A stretch of 59,196 nucleotides of DNA from a virus (lineage: Duplodnaviria; Caudoviricetes). The stretch spans positions 1 through 59,196 of IMG/VR virus record IMGVR_UViG_3300025357_000013; one strand, 5' to 3'. A program made the position numbers and the translations under genes. Below are positions 8,813 through 19,907 of the stretch, in pieces; position 1 is the stretch's first letter; each line of letters opens with the position of its first letter. Below the pieces are notes generated by a model that made no database searches, was not told the DNA's origin, and saw only the letters and a list, made by a program, of their open reading frames with translations.

Positions 8813-10144
8813 TTACTTGCTGGGGGTAACAGGAATCGGTTCGCCAGTTTGGTAGGCGTAACCGTTGTGTTTGATAACGGGGATCTTCTGGGCTGGGTTC
8901 TTTGGATCTTTGATGAATCCACGCTCACCATCCTGAGCTACGCGATGGAGCTTCTCCTGTTTAACGCCCGGGGAGTAATCCATCATGGTCTGAACGTCTC
9001 GGGTCTGGCTGTCGCGTTTTCCCCTGAGATCGTCATCCGCCTCAACGACCTTGTCTCCCATGCCGTTTAGCTGGAAGTAGTCGCTGGCTTTCTTGCTGTT
9101 GAAGGATTCGGGTTTTGGCGGTTTGGATCGGCTGCCTGCCCCCAGGCCGCTGCGGTCGTTTTTGTCCTGATGCGAGACTTCGGTGTTGACCTTTTCGCGA
9201 TAGAGATCCTGCTTGGTCTGCTCAGTGTTTCCTTGTTCGCCATAAAGGCCGGCATGAGCGCTACGCTCACCCGCAAGGGCCCTGTTAGCGCCTTGAACGG
9301 TCCGCTGGGTCTCGGCCTGTTCATTCCTAAGATCGATCAAGGATCGTTTTTCTGGGTTGGTTGAGGCGCGTTCCAGTGAGTCAGCAAGACGCTTGCGCGC
9401 ATCGGGATCTGCTTCCAGTCGGTGATTGAGTGCAACGATGGCCGCATTCGCGTTGAGGATGTGCTTGGCATCTACAAAGGCGTAGGGGTCATTGGGGTCT
9501 GATGTCCCGTCTCGGCTGGCCCATGCGGTATAGCTGTGGGGCTTTCCGGTTTTGACGTCAGTCCCATCGACCTGAATCCGGCCCGTAAAGAGATTGGGAT
9601 CTTCGTGGTGCTGATCGAATCCGATGAGTTTTTTGCTGGTGACCTTGATTCGGGTTCCTGTTTGGGGATCCACGGCTTCAGAGCCAATCCCGCGATTGTT
9701 GACCCGATAACCATGGAAATCGGACATCGTGCTTTGAAATTCTGGATCGTTGACGTCGCGCTTACCCTGGACGACCTCGCCTGTCATTTGCTGCAGGCGC
9801 TGGACCTTGGGGGTGTCTGCAATCATGTCCCACGGAAGGCCGGTCTTGTTGGCCAGGTGATCGAAGTCCTCATCGCTCACATTGCCGCCGATCGCCAATC
9901 GATTTGATATATCGAGGCTGCGGTTGCGGTCGTTCTCATGGTTGAGCTTCTCGGTTTCCGCTTGGATCTTCTGACGCTCGTAGCCCTTGTTGGCAGCTTC
10001 AAGTCCCAGTCGATAGCGACGATCCTGAGCCTCCTGCTGAAGGAGACGATTATGCTCATCCGTCGAGTGCATCCGATGGTAGGCCTCAAGGCCGCCCACC
10101 AGCCCATTCATAAAGCCTTCTGCGCCGAAACCAAGGTCGGACAT
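8813..10144 (-). CDS. Putative internal virion / DNA ejection protein
   Basis: GGAG-ATG (MSDLGFGAEGFMNGLVGG), charged coiled-coil N-terminus, located immediately upstream of the giant gene as in podovirus ejection modules. Confidence 0.6.
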   Translation of the reverse strand: MSDLGFGAEGFMNGLVGGLEAYHRMHSTDEHNRLLQQEAQDRRYRLGLEAANKGYERQKIQAETEKLNHENDRNRSLDISNRLAIGGNVSDEDFDHLANKTGLPWDMIADTPKVQRLQQMTGEVVQGKRDVNDPEFQSTMSDFHGYRVNNRGIGSEAVDPQTGTRIKVTSKKLIGFDQHHEDPNLFTGRIQVDGTDVKTGKPHSYTAWASRDGTSDPNDPYAFVDAKHILNANAAIVALNHRLEADPDARKRLADSLERASTNPEKRSLIDLRNEQAETQRTVQGANRALAGERSAHAGLYGEQGNTEQTKQDLYREKVNTEVSHQDKNDRSGLGAGSRSKPPKPESFNSKKASDYFQLNGMGDKVVEADDDLRGKRDSQTRDVQTMMDYSPGVKQEKLHRVAQDGERGFIKDPKNPAQKIPVIKHNGYAYQTGEPIPVTPSK

Positions 10145-10218
10145 GGGGATCTCCAAGATAACTAAGCGTGATTGGATCGCAGCTTCTTATGTGCGCCAAC
10201 TTCCACGATTTGAGAATG

Positions 10219-10240
10219 AAAAAACCCGCCGAAGCGGGTT
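10219..10240 (-). terminator. Rho-independent terminator
   Basis: AACCCGC-TTCG-GCGGGTT followed by a T-run on the minus strand. Confidence 0.75.
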
Positions 10241-10263
10241 GTGTGGGGTGATTTTGCTGAGGG

Positions 10264-10950
10264 TTATAAAAGACAGGCCAAAAGGGACACAAGCCCTGTG
10301 TCCTCGGCACTTGCCGCAGCGATAGAGGCCATCGCCTCACCAGCTCCTCCGCCTCCTGCAGCGCCTGCAGTTGCCGCCTCTCCGCCCGCAGCTGCAGCTT
10401 CGCCACCAGCTTCCGCACCAACATCTGATCCAACTTCTGCCCCTGTGTCCGCCCCGACCTCTCCTCCTGCGTCTGCAGTCGGCTCCGTCAGGACCGGCTC
10501 ATTGACTTCTTCCACCTCATCCTCGGCTTCAGGCGCTTGAGGCGTACCGTTCTCGGCTTGTGGCTGTGGGGTGCTGGGTTTTGCGTTGAGATCGTTGAGG
10601 CTGGCTCTTGTTTGTGAAACGGCTGGAGGATTAGCTTCATATTGGCTGGCCAGCTGTTCGGTGTCTGCGGTTTCCGCATCCGTTGGGGAGACCTGGCTGT
10701 CCGGTTTAAGCGCGTTCTGCAGGGTGTAACTGGCGCCGAGCTTTCCGGCGGCGTTACTGAGTCCGCCGCTCATGTAACCGCCAGCCCCAAGACCCACTGC
10801 CTGCCCTGCCGCATTCCATTCGCCTGCCGTGCGCTGCGCGTCCATTTCGCGATTGAAGTTCAAGCGCTTCGTTTCGTTTTGAGCGACATTCTTCAATAAA
10901 TCGTTTGCCTGTGTTCGGTAATCCACACCGAGATCGATTAAGCCCGCCAT
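10264..10950 (-). CDS. Putative ejection/pilot protein, Ala/Gly/Glu-rich
   Basis: 228-aa ORF with a GQAVGLGAGG segment and a G/A-rich hydrophobic C-terminus; position in the module. Confidence 0.55.
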   Translation of the reverse strand: MAGLIDLGVDYRTQANDLLKNVAQNETKRLNFNREMDAQRTAGEWNAAGQAVGLGAGGYMSGGLSNAAGKLGASYTLQNALKPDSQVSPTDAETADTEQLASQYEANPPAVSQTRASLNDLNAKPSTPQPQAENGTPQAPEAEDEVEEVNEPVLTEPTADAGGEVGADTGAEVGSDVGAEAGGEAAAAGGEAATAGAAGGGGAGEAMASIAAASAEDTGLVSLLACLL

Positions 10951-10953
10951 GCG

Positions 10954-11358
10954 TTACCTCTGAATCTTGCGATCGAGCGTTGAAAGGCCGCCCGACATCA
11001 CGCCATTGATGCGGTCCCAGACGTCGTTACGCGCCGTGTTTTCAGCGCCTACCGCTGCCGACGCCCGACCAAGGGAAAGATTTTGATCAACCGCCTCTTT
11101 TTGCTGGGGGGTCATAGTCACCCCCATACGGCTCAGATCGCGGGTCATAGCGCCCTGCTGATTCTGGTAAGCCGTATCCATGTTGTTGCCAGCCATTTGC
11201 GCGGACTGATCGTATTGAATCGGGTTGAGGCCCTCATGGATCAGCTTCTGCTCTTCCGGCTGAAACCGATTCTGATAATCCGCCCACTGTTCCCTGGCGA
11301 CATTCGCGAAGGGGAAACTGGCTTCGTAAGATTGTGATGATCCGCCGCCACCGCCCAT
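10954..11358 (-). CDS. Putative ejection/internal virion protein
   Basis: AGGAGG SD, MGGGGGS start, REQWADY...F.P.E motif. Confidence 0.6.
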   Translation of the reverse strand: MGGGGGSSQSYEASFPFANVAREQWADYQNRFQPEEQKLIHEGLNPIQYDQSAQMAGNNMDTAYQNQQGAMTRDLSRMGVTMTPQQKEAVDQNLSLGRASAAVGAENTARNDVWDRINGVMSGGLSTLDRKIQR

Positions 11359-11369
11359 GGTCAGCCTCC

Positions 11370-11942
11370 TTATGATGCTTTTGAGTATTTGTCGTAAGCG
11401 TCGAGCCCAAGACCTACGGCCGTTCCCGCTGCGTTGGCTGGAGCCATTGAGGACAAATGGTTGTATTCCGCGTTGGCTTCAGATTGGCTCAATGCGCTAT
11501 TGGCCACCGAGGACAGACCGCCCATTGCGGTTCCGGCTTGGTTATTGCCCATGGCAACAATGTTTTGCAGGCCTTTGAGGTACTCGTTCTGAGTTCCCAT
11601 GCGAGCCTTGGTGTCCGCGTTTCCAGCCGTTGAAGCCAGATTGTCAGCTACGTCAGCCCGCTTCATGATGGATGCGCCACTTGCGGGGCTAATTCCTGCC
11701 TTGGCCATGCTGGCTTCGGTTTGCTGCGCCAGAGGGGTTCCCTGCTTGTAAACATCACCCGTCGCCATGGTTGAGGCTTCATTTGCAGCCTGTGGCGTCT
11801 TGTACCAGTCGACATTCCCCATGTATTGGTTTTCGACGGGAACCATGTTTTTCTTGTAGTAGTTCCATCGCTCGCCTGCGATCTTGGCCATGGCCTGATC
11901 CCAAGGGCTTTCGTGCAGTTTGGTTGAGTGTGCTGGTGCCAT
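11370..11942 (-). CDS. Putative ejection/internal virion protein
   Basis: Probable start MAPAHSTKLHE. Ala/Gly-rich; ERWNYY..VPVE resembles the neighbouring gene's motif. Confidence 0.55.
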   Translation of the reverse strand: MAPAHSTKLHESPWDQAMAKIAGERWNYYKKNMVPVENQYMGNVDWYKTPQAANEASTMATGDVYKQGTPLAQQTEASMAKAGISPASGASIMKRADVADNLASTAGNADTKARMGTQNEYLKGLQNIVAMGNNQAGTAMGGLSSVANSALSQSEANAEYNHLSSMAPANAAGTAVGLGLDAYDKYSKAS

Positions 11943-11955
11943 AATTGCGCCCCGA

Positions 11956-12342
11956 TTAGAGATCCATGTCGTAGACCGTGTGGGTCTTCCTGAACCCCTT
12001 GTAATCCGAGGGGCCCTTTGCGTGACGATAAAACCGTAGGATGTCGAATTCCTGAGACTTCGCAATGTCCACGATCTGCGGAAGGTATTTGTCGATCAGA
12101 TCATCATCCGACTGACCCCAGGCCATCCAAACCAAAAGGATCTTCTGACCAGAATAATCATCGACTTCCGGCCGAAAGATGACGAAGCCTTCATCTGCCA
12201 GCCATAGGTGCGCGACCTTGTGGACGCAATCTGCGTAGACGTCCTCAAAGCGCCACGTCCCACCTCGGAGTTTCTTGACCTCCTTGAGTCCATCCAAAAC
12301 AAAAGGCCAACAGGATCGGATATAGGCAGGTTTAAGGCTCAT
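11956..12342 (-). CDS. Putative GNAT-like virion-assembly acetyltransferase
   Basis: 128 aa between tail and ejection genes, GF at the C-terminus; same position as T7 gp13/P22 gp14-like genes. Confidence 0.45.
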   Translation of the reverse strand: MSLKPAYIRSCWPFVLDGLKEVKKLRGGTWRFEDVYADCVHKVAHLWLADEGFVIFRPEVDDYSGQKILLVWMAWGQSDDDLIDKYLPQIVDIAKSQEFDILRFYRHAKGPSDYKGFRKTHTVYDMDL

Positions 12343-12770
12343 TGCATCCAGGGTGGTGGGGTTGGAAAGGATTCGCTGAAATCGCCAGACGTCGGCCAGT
12401 CACGAAGGGCTTGGCGGTAGATCATCAGTTCAGTGAATTGCTCTGGCGTCAGCGACGTGGGGATGCCCGCTTCGATCTGATCGCGATGTCTAATCGAAAA
12501 CCAATCGGTGTTCCCGAGAAGCGTCACTCTCTGGTCTTTCAGGATCGGGATGTTGGGCAGAGGGTCTTTAACACGAAGAATTCCGTCCGCAACATAAACT
12601 TTTGATCCGTCGACAAGCCGATTTGCTACCGTCGGTATCGTCGCATCTGGATCAACTTCTATTACGCCAAACTTTGTTTTGTCGACGTATAAGTCGGCCG
12701 CCTCTAGCGAACCCGTCGTGGAATGGTCAATAGCGCCTGAAGAAAGCAGATAAACAACGGTCTGCCTCAT
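12339..12770 (-). CDS. Tail fibre assembly chaperone
   Basis: C-terminal LLGNTDW..RHRDQ...YRQALRDWP...P.PP.W motif (Phage_tail_APC type). Confidence 0.8.
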   Translation of the reverse strand: MRQTVVYLLSSGAIDHSTTGSLEAADLYVDKTKFGVIEVDPDATIPTVANRLVDGSKVYVADGILRVKDPLPNIPILKDQRVTLLGNTDWFSIRHRDQIEAGIPTSLTPEQFTELMIYRQALRDWPTSGDFSESFPTPPPWMQ

Positions 12771-14116
12771 AACAGTTGCTCCGTAATATAAAAATTGGCT
12801 TGCCCGCTAGTGCCGCCATCGCCCGAATGAGCAATGTATGCGTTGAACCACAAGAATTGATTTGCAGGAACCGTGACGTAATAAACAATCGAAGAATAAA
12901 GATGCCGTTGCTGGATCTGATTTCCCCATTTGTAATAGGCATCCCACCCAAGCCCCCATCCATCCACAGACCAAAGGTCCATGTGGGCACTGGTCAGGTT
13001 CAAAGCACTCAACATTTCCCATTCCAGCCTTAGCAGGACCGGACGGCCGGGGCTATTGTTAAAGGAATACCCCCAACTTTCGGCTAAAGTCGATTGCCCT
13101 GACGCGCTGTAGGTTCCACCTTGGTAATACGGTTGCGTTCTTGCAATGCTGCCCGACCAGATCTTTTCCGCGTGGAGATCCGAGATCTTGGCGTTGTTGA
13201 TTGCTGCGTCTTGGATTTTTGCCGTCGAAATTTCGGCATCCTTAATCAAAGCATTGGTAATTGCTGCGGTAGCGATCTTTGCTGTATCGATCGAGGCGTT
13301 CGCTATGGCCGCATGTTTGATGTATACGCCCGGAGGATTCCCATGGATATCCGTGGTTCCAAGAACCACAAAGGGGACATTTGGATCTGTCGTTGGATCC
13401 CCATAAGCGCTGGGATTAGGATCTGAATCGCCAGGGCTTCCTATTGCAAACTTGTCCGCTCGCACATAGAAGCGAGACCCCAGAGAGTTATTTATGATGC
13501 CGTACCCAGCAACAACGCCATTAACGTCAGTCTTAATGTATTGCTGCGCCGTCAATCCATAGGTTGGGTCGTACAGCGTTTGATTAAGGGTTTCGAGTTT
13601 GGCGTTTTGATTGCCGATCGTCGTCTGCAATCCAAGCCACCATGCTGCACTGGTCGGCGTTGTTGATAAAAGGTTGGTAACAGTTGATTCCGTGTTGCCC
13701 TGACGAGTGCCAAGAGCTGTTATCAATGTCGCCTGCGAATCAGTGACGGACTGAAGGGTAATGATTGCGCTGCCATTGGCGCTAATTTTTGTTTCGAGCT
13801 GATTGTGCACATCAGCCAATTGCCCTCTGACGGATTGAGGAAGCGAGGCTGGGCCATTGATGACATCAACCTGCTGGCCAAGCAACTGAAAGAAGGGGTC
13901 GTTAATGACGTCGGAAATGACTTGATCAACGATATCCGACACTTGGCCGGGCGGAAGAAACCCCGGCGGCAGCCCGCCGTTTGCGGCACTAACGGCCGCA
14001 TTGATGATTTCCGTTCTGACCGAAGCCGGAACGCCACCCTCAACAGCTTGACGCAAGTCGCGCAGGAATCCGTCCAGCGCTGGATTCAGGCCGGATGGTA
14101 CTTGGCGAAGACCCAT
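12767..14116 (-). CDS. Tail tip/fibre protein (DUF1983-like)
   Basis: [13 protein letters not shown]...[10 protein letters not shown]...PFVV...GVYIKHAAI followed by I..AKI..A.I repeats. Confidence 0.75.
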   Translation of the reverse strand: MGLRQVPSGLNPALDGFLRDLRQAVEGGVPASVRTEIINAAVSAANGGLPPGFLPPGQVSDIVDQVISDVINDPFFQLLGQQVDVINGPASLPQSVRGQLADVHNQLETKISANGSAIITLQSVTDSQATLITALGTRQGNTESTVTNLLSTTPTSAAWWLGLQTTIGNQNAKLETLNQTLYDPTYGLTAQQYIKTDVNGVVAGYGIINNSLGSRFYVRADKFAIGSPGDSDPNPSAYGDPTTDPNVPFVVLGTTDIHGNPPGVYIKHAAIANASIDTAKIATAAITNALIKDAEISTAKIQDAAINNAKISDLHAEKIWSGSIARTQPYYQGGTYSASGQSTLAESWGYSFNNSPGRPVLLRLEWEMLSALNLTSAHMDLWSVDGWGLGWDAYYKWGNQIQQRHLYSSIVYYVTVPANQFLWFNAYIAHSGDGGTSGQANFYITEQLL

Positions 14117-16428
14117 TAGACTTCCTTCAGTTCAGAGACGGATGTGGCGACCGACACCATTTTGATGCGCGCCGATCCAATGAGCGTGATTTGATAATTC
14201 AGGCAACGATACCCTGACGGCAGGCGGAAAGGATCGTTACTGCTGACTGATACATTCGTCAGAAGGTTTCCGTCACCGTAGAGATTGAACGTGATGGGAT
14301 TACCCGAAGATGCTTCGGAAATCACCTGAGCCGCGCCAAAGTTACTCGGCAACGGAAGCTGAAATAGCTTGCTGGTCCATGTGTAGGTCAGATACGAAGA
14401 TCCGCGTTCCCACGAGACAATCGAACCATCTGACTGAAGGGCATACAACGTATCCGTCAGAGGGTCTGAGTAAAACGCCGAAAAGATCTGATCAACCTCG
14501 ACAAAATCCTTGGTCGCCGGATTGAACACAAAAGACATGGATCCATTCGATCCAAAGTATTTCTGTTCGTAAAAAGCGCCTGTGATATTGGAGGGAATGA
14601 AGTTCTGCCATTGGGTTCTTGAGAAAATCGATTCGGTCGCCACCTGGGGATTGTTTTGATCAATCGCCACCAAACCAAAGGGACTGGCGTACAGGGCATA
14701 GTCGCCCATATCCACAATTGATCTTGCGCTGGCGCAGGCCTGATAGGACTCCAATTTGACCGCAGACCAGCTGGCCGGGTCCGTTCCAACAATCAGCGCC
14801 GGGAATCCTTCCGTCAGGACGATGATGCCGGCAGCCGTTAGTGAGAGCCCCACAATGGGATAGTCGACGTTTACCTGATATTCGACCGGCCACGCTGAAG
14901 GAATGTAGGGATAACAGGCGTAAACCGTTTTCCCAACAAAGCCCACAATGACGCCACCCGGCATGACAATGATGCCTTTGAGGTTTGACGGCGGCTCATA
15001 CCATCCAATCGTTGGAATCACTTCCGCGAGCTGCGTGTCGGTCGCGTAATCGACAAAGGTCGCTGTGGGTGAGTACGGGATATCGTAAATGACGTTCCCA
15101 CTGGAATCGGTGACCAGATTGCCGCTGGAATCCGTTTTAGGGACCAGTCGATAGTTGCCATTGATGTCCGTTCGATAAAGGCGGATCGAGGCAATGTTGT
15201 AGTCGTAAGGGCCATTCAACGACGTCGTAGGCAAGGCATTGAATGTCACTGCCGTTCCCTGCGTCATAGCGCGGTCTGGCGTCGGATTTGAAGGCGGGCC
15301 CTCCTCTCCGTATCCATTCACGAACGTCGCAACGTAGACGCGATCTCGGAGCGAAGACGCGATATCCGTTTTTGTCCAGGTATTGCGATTGGTCGATGAA
15401 TCCGCTGATGCGATCAGAACAAATTCAGTCCCTGTCCATGCCCACGTCGGAAGACTTGAGAAAGCCCCGGATCCGTCTGTATTGGTTCCATAAAAAGGAT
15501 CCGCCGCATCTTGCAAGCAAACCGCGACTTGATGGGTCTGATTCAGGATCTTATAAGGCGGCGAATGGCTTGAGCTCCAATCGGTTCCGCCCAGCTGGAA
15601 ATGCCCTGTGTCCTGATAGCCCACCTGATAGGCATAGGTATCCGCGACAATCTGGGTTCCATGGCTGTTGTTGGTTTGAGTGCTATTGCTGCCCCAATGA
15701 ACAACAACCGTGTCGCCATCGTTGAATGGATGGCTGTTGGCTGCAACCACGACGTTATAGGGCCCGTTGGTAGTGTCGTCTTTCTGCTTCTGGATGCTGC
15801 TCCAGTTTGCCATCTTGATATTGAATCCGCGGATCCTGAACTCATTTGTCGCGCAGTCCGTCGTCAGGACAACTGTATAAGGCCCCTGCGACGCAAAGCC
15901 AGGAACATTCAGGATGATCGAATCGTTGTTCTTGAGTCCGTGATCGCCCGAACATGAAACTTTGGGCAGTTTGGCGTTGCTGGCGTCGTGCGTGTATTCA
16001 ATCGTGACCGTGTTGACCGTACCCGTCCCGGCTTGCGTGAAGGAATACATGGGCAGCGCAGGAACCGGAAGACCGATATTTCTGGAATTAGCTGGGGCCC
16101 CACTCCCTCCGCCCAGGATGTTTTGATCCGTGACGCGGAAATTGCTGCCATCGGCATAGTAGATCCGGTTCAATGAATCCGTGGCCAAGGGCGCTCGAAC
16201 CACGTTGACCTTGCCATTCCACGCCAACCAACGCGAAGGATGTTTGTAGATCGTGTCGTTCCCAGACGGTGAGATCCCTGACGCTGCGGCGTAGGCCGTC
16301 GTCTTGAACGCAATCAAGTCCCCGCTTTGAATGAGACAGTTCTTCGCCTCGGTTGCCTGAGAATCCTGAAGGCGTTGTGGCGCGACGACAGAGACCTGTC
16401 CTTGAAACCCTGGCACCGTGATCCGCAT
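14116..16428 (-). CDS. Tail tubular/nozzle (packaged-DNA stabilisation) protein
   Basis: 770 aa with [22 protein letters not shown] and YASPFGLV motifs typical of 933W-like podovirus tail proteins. Confidence 0.7.
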   Translation of the reverse strand: MRITVPGFQGQVSVVAPQRLQDSQATEAKNCLIQSGDLIAFKTTAYAAASGISPSGNDTIYKHPSRWLAWNGKVNVVRAPLATDSLNRIYYADGSNFRVTDQNILGGGSGAPANSRNIGLPVPALPMYSFTQAGTGTVNTVTIEYTHDASNAKLPKVSCSGDHGLKNNDSIILNVPGFASQGPYTVVLTTDCATNEFRIRGFNIKMANWSSIQKQKDDTTNGPYNVVVAANSHPFNDGDTVVVHWGSNSTQTNNSHGTQIVADTYAYQVGYQDTGHFQLGGTDWSSSHSPPYKILNQTHQVAVCLQDAADPFYGTNTDGSGAFSSLPTWAWTGTEFVLIASADSSTNRNTWTKTDIASSLRDRVYVATFVNGYGEEGPPSNPTPDRAMTQGTAVTFNALPTTSLNGPYDYNIASIRLYRTDINGNYRLVPKTDSSGNLVTDSSGNVIYDIPYSPTATFVDYATDTQLAEVIPTIGWYEPPSNLKGIIVMPGGVIVGFVGKTVYACYPYIPSAWPVEYQVNVDYPIVGLSLTAAGIIVLTEGFPALIVGTDPASWSAVKLESYQACASARSIVDMGDYALYASPFGLVAIDQNNPQVATESIFSRTQWQNFIPSNITGAFYEQKYFGSNGSMSFVFNPATKDFVEVDQIFSAFYSDPLTDTLYALQSDGSIVSWERGSSYLTYTWTSKLFQLPLPSNFGAAQVISEASSGNPITFNLYGDGNLLTNVSVSSNDPFRLPSGYRCLNYQITLIGSARIKMVSVATSVSELKEV

Positions 16429-16610
16429 TAGTCCGTTCCTCCGACCGCTTGATCGGACTCCTCGATTTCTTCGACTTGCTTGGGCGCAACCTGGGGACCG
16501 ACCTCGTCATGGACCGCATTGATGATGCTGTTCACTTCTTCCCAAGGCCGCTTGGCGAGATACCCCATCATGAGGTTCAGCGTCTGAATCGTCAGTTCGA
16601 CTGTTGGCAT
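16428..16610 (-). CDS. Small hypothetical virion-associated protein
   Basis: AAGGAG SD, MPTVELTIQTLNLMMGYLAKRPWEEV. Confidence 0.6.
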   Translation of the reverse strand: MPTVELTIQTLNLMMGYLAKRPWEEVNSIINAVHDEVGPQVAPKQVEEIEESDQAVGGTD

Positions 16611-16620
16611 GGGGGTCTCC

Positions 16621-17922
16621 TTAGAGGGCATAGCGAATGATGACAATGCCGGAGCCGCCGTTGCCTCCGTCCCCGCCGCCAGTGGCGCCTTGACCTATGC
16701 CGCCAGCACCTCCGCCACCTCCACCGGTGTTCGATGTTCCAGAAACACCGTTCCCGCTAATAGCACCAGCGCCACCGCCGCCAGCACCGCCAACTCCAGC
16801 AGGGAGGCCGGGACTAGTATAGATACCGCCGCCACCTCCACCGCCGTAATAAGTGGCTACCCCGGAAATAGAGGATGAGATCCCAATACCGCCTCCGCCA
16901 CCAGCACCAGAGCTGCCGCCAGCGGCCCCAGCCCCGCCTGCACCGCCGCCTCCGCCACCACGATAAATGTTTCCAGTTGATGGGGCTCCCCCCGCGTATC
17001 CTTGGCCGGTTGTGCCAGCGCCACCAGAAGAAAACGCACCGGTTGTTTCGCCGCCAGCGCCACCGCCTGACCCTCCGGCTCCCGGATAAAACGTATTACC
17101 GTATGGAGCGCCCCCGCCCCCTCCTATGGTTGAAACCAAAGAGCCAAGAGATGACGCAGCCCCATTTCCTCCTGTTGCTATAACCCCTTGCCCGGAAGCG
17201 CCAGAGCCACCGGCTCCAATGGTAATTGTCTGCGTGGCGTTGATAGTCGCGGAGCCTTGAAGTACGCCGCCAGCCCCGCCGGCTCCGGCGTAAGGACGAC
17301 CACCACCGGCACCACCAGCAACGACTAAATAATCTGCTGTTGCAGAAAATCCGTTCGGAATTGCAAATGTTCCAGATGATGTAAAGGTGTGAATACGGTA
17401 GTTGCCGACAGTTGTAATAGTTCCGCCTGTAGGAGGGCTGATTACAGTGGCAGTTGTACTGGGAGAAACCCCGCCATCAGCATTGGCGACGGTAATGGAT
17501 ACCGAGGAAGACGCAGACAAGCCGTAGATTGCTGATGGTACGGAGACAACTAAGGAAGCACCGGCGTTTGTTGGAGTCCCCGTCGCCGTTGCAGTTGTAG
17601 CGCCCGATGTGAAAGTCACAGTGGCTACCCCAGAACCAAAGTTCAATCCTGCGAAGGTGAGGGTTGAAGCAGCCCCGGCGTAAATGTTTCCTGTAATCGA
17701 AGAGATCGTGGGAATCGCCACGGAAATCTTCAGCCACCCGTTCGACGTATAGTTCTCCATCGCCCCGGTGTCGGTGTTGTACCGCTGATACCCGATGGCT
17801 GGATTTGAAGGTCTTTGCGCCGTCGTACCTGAAGGGATCTGTGCAGCACCCGTGTTTGAGTCTTTAAGAACAACCCCACCGCCGCCAGAGAGAAGGGATG
17901 CAATGCTTCGTGCAAGTGACAT
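16621..17922 (-). CDS. Glycine-rich tail fibre/adhesin protein
   Basis: PSGTTAQRPS module, IPT-like beta domain, YRIHTFTSSG, YLVVAGGAGG...GGSGIVIIRY glycine-rich domain. Confidence 0.75.
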   Translation of the reverse strand: MSLARSIASLLSGGGGVVLKDSNTGAAQIPSGTTAQRPSNPAIGYQRYNTDTGAMENYTSNGWLKISVAIPTISSITGNIYAGAASTLTFAGLNFGSGVATVTFTSGATTATATGTPTNAGASLVVSVPSAIYGLSASSSVSITVANADGGVSPSTTATVISPPTGGTITTVGNYRIHTFTSSGTFAIPNGFSATADYLVVAGGAGGGRPYAGAGGAGGVLQGSATINATQTITIGAGGSGASGQGVIATGGNGAASSLGSLVSTIGGGGGAPYGNTFYPGAGGSGGGAGGETTGAFSSGGAGTTGQGYAGGAPSTGNIYRGGGGGGAGGAGAAGGSSGAGGGGGIGISSSISGVATYYGGGGGGGIYTSPGLPAGVGGAGGGGAGAISGNGVSGTSNTGGGGGGAGGIGQGATGGGDGGNGGSGIVIIRYAL

Positions 17923-17934
17923 GGTTTGCTCCTG

Positions 17935-19506
17935 TTAGGCGGTGTAGCTGCCGGATGATTTGAAAATCATCACTGTGTTTGCCCCATTCGTTACTACCGT
18001 TGGGGAACCTGTCGTGAATCCTGTATAGCTGGTAGTAGGGACTAAAAGGATGACTACGCCGGAACCGCCTGAGCGAGATGCTGCGTTGTTACTAGAACCA
18101 CCTGCACCGCCTCCAGAATTTACAGAGCCTGCGACACCTGCTCCGCTAGAACCACCAGCGCCACCGCCGCCTAAGCCACCCGCTCCGCCCGTGCCCGTAC
18201 TGCTGCTGCCGCCGCCGCCACCAGCAAAATAAACACTAGCCCCGCTGACCTGCCCAACTGAATTTGCCGTTGCTTGGGTTGTTGTAATCAGAGAATTGAT
18301 AGCGCCGATACCGCCAGCGCCGCCCGTTGAACCACTGTAATTTCCACCGACAGCTCCAGCGCCTCCACCGCCACCACCCATACGCGGGTACGAAGCGGTA
18401 TTTGAACCATAACCTCCGGCATAACCTTGCCCTGTAGTTCCTGATCCGGGGGTCGGGAACTGAGTGTAGCCATCGCCTCCACCCCCTGAACCTCCTGACC
18501 CCGCAGCGTTATTCGTTACGCCTGATCCCAGCCCCCCGCCTATCGCTGTGAGAGAAAGTCCAGTTGAGCTGGAACCGTTTACGGCACCTGCGCCTCCACC
18601 GCCACCTGCGCCGCCCGCACCTACTGTGAATGAGTAAGTAGTTCCAGGAGTAACCGTAGTAGTACCAGACAAAAGACCGCCAGCGCCGCCGCCGCCTGTA
18701 CCATTATTTTGGTCTGCATAGTACCCGCCACCACCGCCAGCGACGATAAGGTAGGAAGCCGAATAGGGCACGAACGGAACCGAGGCCGCGTTACCAATCG
18801 TTAAATCCACCCATCCTTGAGTTGAATCAACGTAAATCAGAGTAACGGAGGCCCTTACTGCTGAAATAACAGCATTTGCGCCATAGCCATTAATCTTTCC
18901 CCCGTTAAAGTTGATCGTAATCGCGTTAGTACCTGCCGTCCCAGCGTAGTCAAAGAAATTAACCTGCTGTCCTGCCGTAGCAGACGCGGGAAGTGTCGCG
19001 GTTACTGCGCCCGAGGTCGTGTTGATTGGGTAAGAGTTTCCGGCTACTGCGGTGAAGCTCGTGGTCTGCACGGACTGCATGACCAACCCGCCGCCGGTCT
19101 GCCAGGAAGAACCATTCCACGATTCAAGGGTTCCGAGAGTCGTGTTGTATCCAGCAGTTCCCACTTGAGGACTTGAAGGCCGACCCGCCGTCGTCCATGT
19201 CGGCATATTGATCTGACCATTGAAGGTCGTTGTCCCCGTAAACGTCATCCCTACAAGCTGGAACGGGACGTTCGCGATGATCTCAATGATGTCGTTCGCG
19301 TTTGCTGCTGATGCCAGAGTAATCGAGGCCCCATCCGTTGCCGTGTAGTCGGTCCCATTCACGAGCTTGACGCCGTTCATGTAGACATCGACGTACCCTG
19401 GCTGATACCCAGAGGTAGTGATGGAGGTCAGGCCGGCAGTGGCCGTAACAGTCTGCCGGTGCTGCGTTGCTTGTGGAACGGGCTGCGGCCCGAGATACCC
19501 TGACAT
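17935..19506 (-). CDS. Glycine-rich tail fibre/adhesin protein
   Basis: DVYMNGVKL..GTDYTA domain, SFTAVAGNSYPINTT..TLPAS, YLIVAGGGGG...GGSGVVIL. Confidence 0.75.
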   Translation of the reverse strand: MSGYLGPQPVPQATQHRQTVTATAGLTSITTSGYQPGYVDVYMNGVKLVNGTDYTATDGASITLASAANANDIIEIIANVPFQLVGMTFTGTTTFNGQINMPTWTTAGRPSSPQVGTAGYNTTLGTLESWNGSSWQTGGGLVMQSVQTTSFTAVAGNSYPINTTSGAVTATLPASATAGQQVNFFDYAGTAGTNAITINFNGGKINGYGANAVISAVRASVTLIYVDSTQGWVDLTIGNAASVPFVPYSASYLIVAGGGGGYYADQNNGTGGGGAGGLLSGTTTVTPGTTYSFTVGAGGAGGGGGAGAVNGSSSTGLSLTAIGGGLGSGVTNNAAGSGGSGGGGDGYTQFPTPGSGTTGQGYAGGYGSNTASYPRMGGGGGGAGAVGGNYSGSTGGAGGIGAINSLITTTQATANSVGQVSGASVYFAGGGGGSSSTGTGGAGGLGGGGAGGSSGAGVAGSVNSGGGAGGSSNNAASRSGGSGVVILLVPTTSYTGFTTGSPTVVTNGANTVMIFKSSGSYTA

Positions 19507-19512
19507 AGTGGC

Positions 19513-19896
19513 TTACTCCTGAACCGGAACTTCTACCCAAGAAGTCGTGGCTTCGTCCCAAACGTAGTGCTTGCCGTCAGTCGGATAAGCAACGGGTGCT
19601 TCCCAGAGGCAAGAGGTTTCGTTGAGAGTCCATGAAGCGAACGGCTTGGGGGGAATGAACGCATCGCGTTCCCGGTCGTAGGTGAAACCGATTCCTGGAT
19701 AATTTTTGCGGAGGGCCTTGGTTTGATCTTCAGACGGCTCCCCGGTTTCCGGGTTGTAGTGAACACCGCCCCGAGTGTTGTAAGACCCTTGGATCCATTC
19801 ACCGGGAGAAGAATCGACAAAGGTTTCGAAAAACTCAGGTTCGGCCACAATAACTTGGACCACAGTACCGTCTACGCACTTCGCGAAATGAGACAT
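19513..19896 (-). CDS. Fibre-associated protein (MxHFA...RKNYxGIG family)
   Basis: MSHFAK...QVIVAE...SYNT...LRKNYPGIGFTYD..RDAFIPPKPF.SW.L.E....W.AP motif, commonly found beside glycine-rich fibres in aquatic phages. Confidence 0.75.
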   Translation of the reverse strand: MSHFAKCVDGTVVQVIVAEPEFFETFVDSSPGEWIQGSYNTRGGVHYNPETGEPSEDQTKALRKNYPGIGFTYDRERDAFIPPKPFASWTLNETSCLWEAPVAYPTDGKHYVWDEATTSWVEVPVQE

Positions 19897-19907
19897 TTGA
19901 TTGCTCC

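Noticed and set aside
128-9070. Many plus-strand ORFs (e.g. 6797-7801, 4574-5326, 6022-6906)
   Set aside because: Antisense shadows of the giant gene, with no motifs or SD sites.
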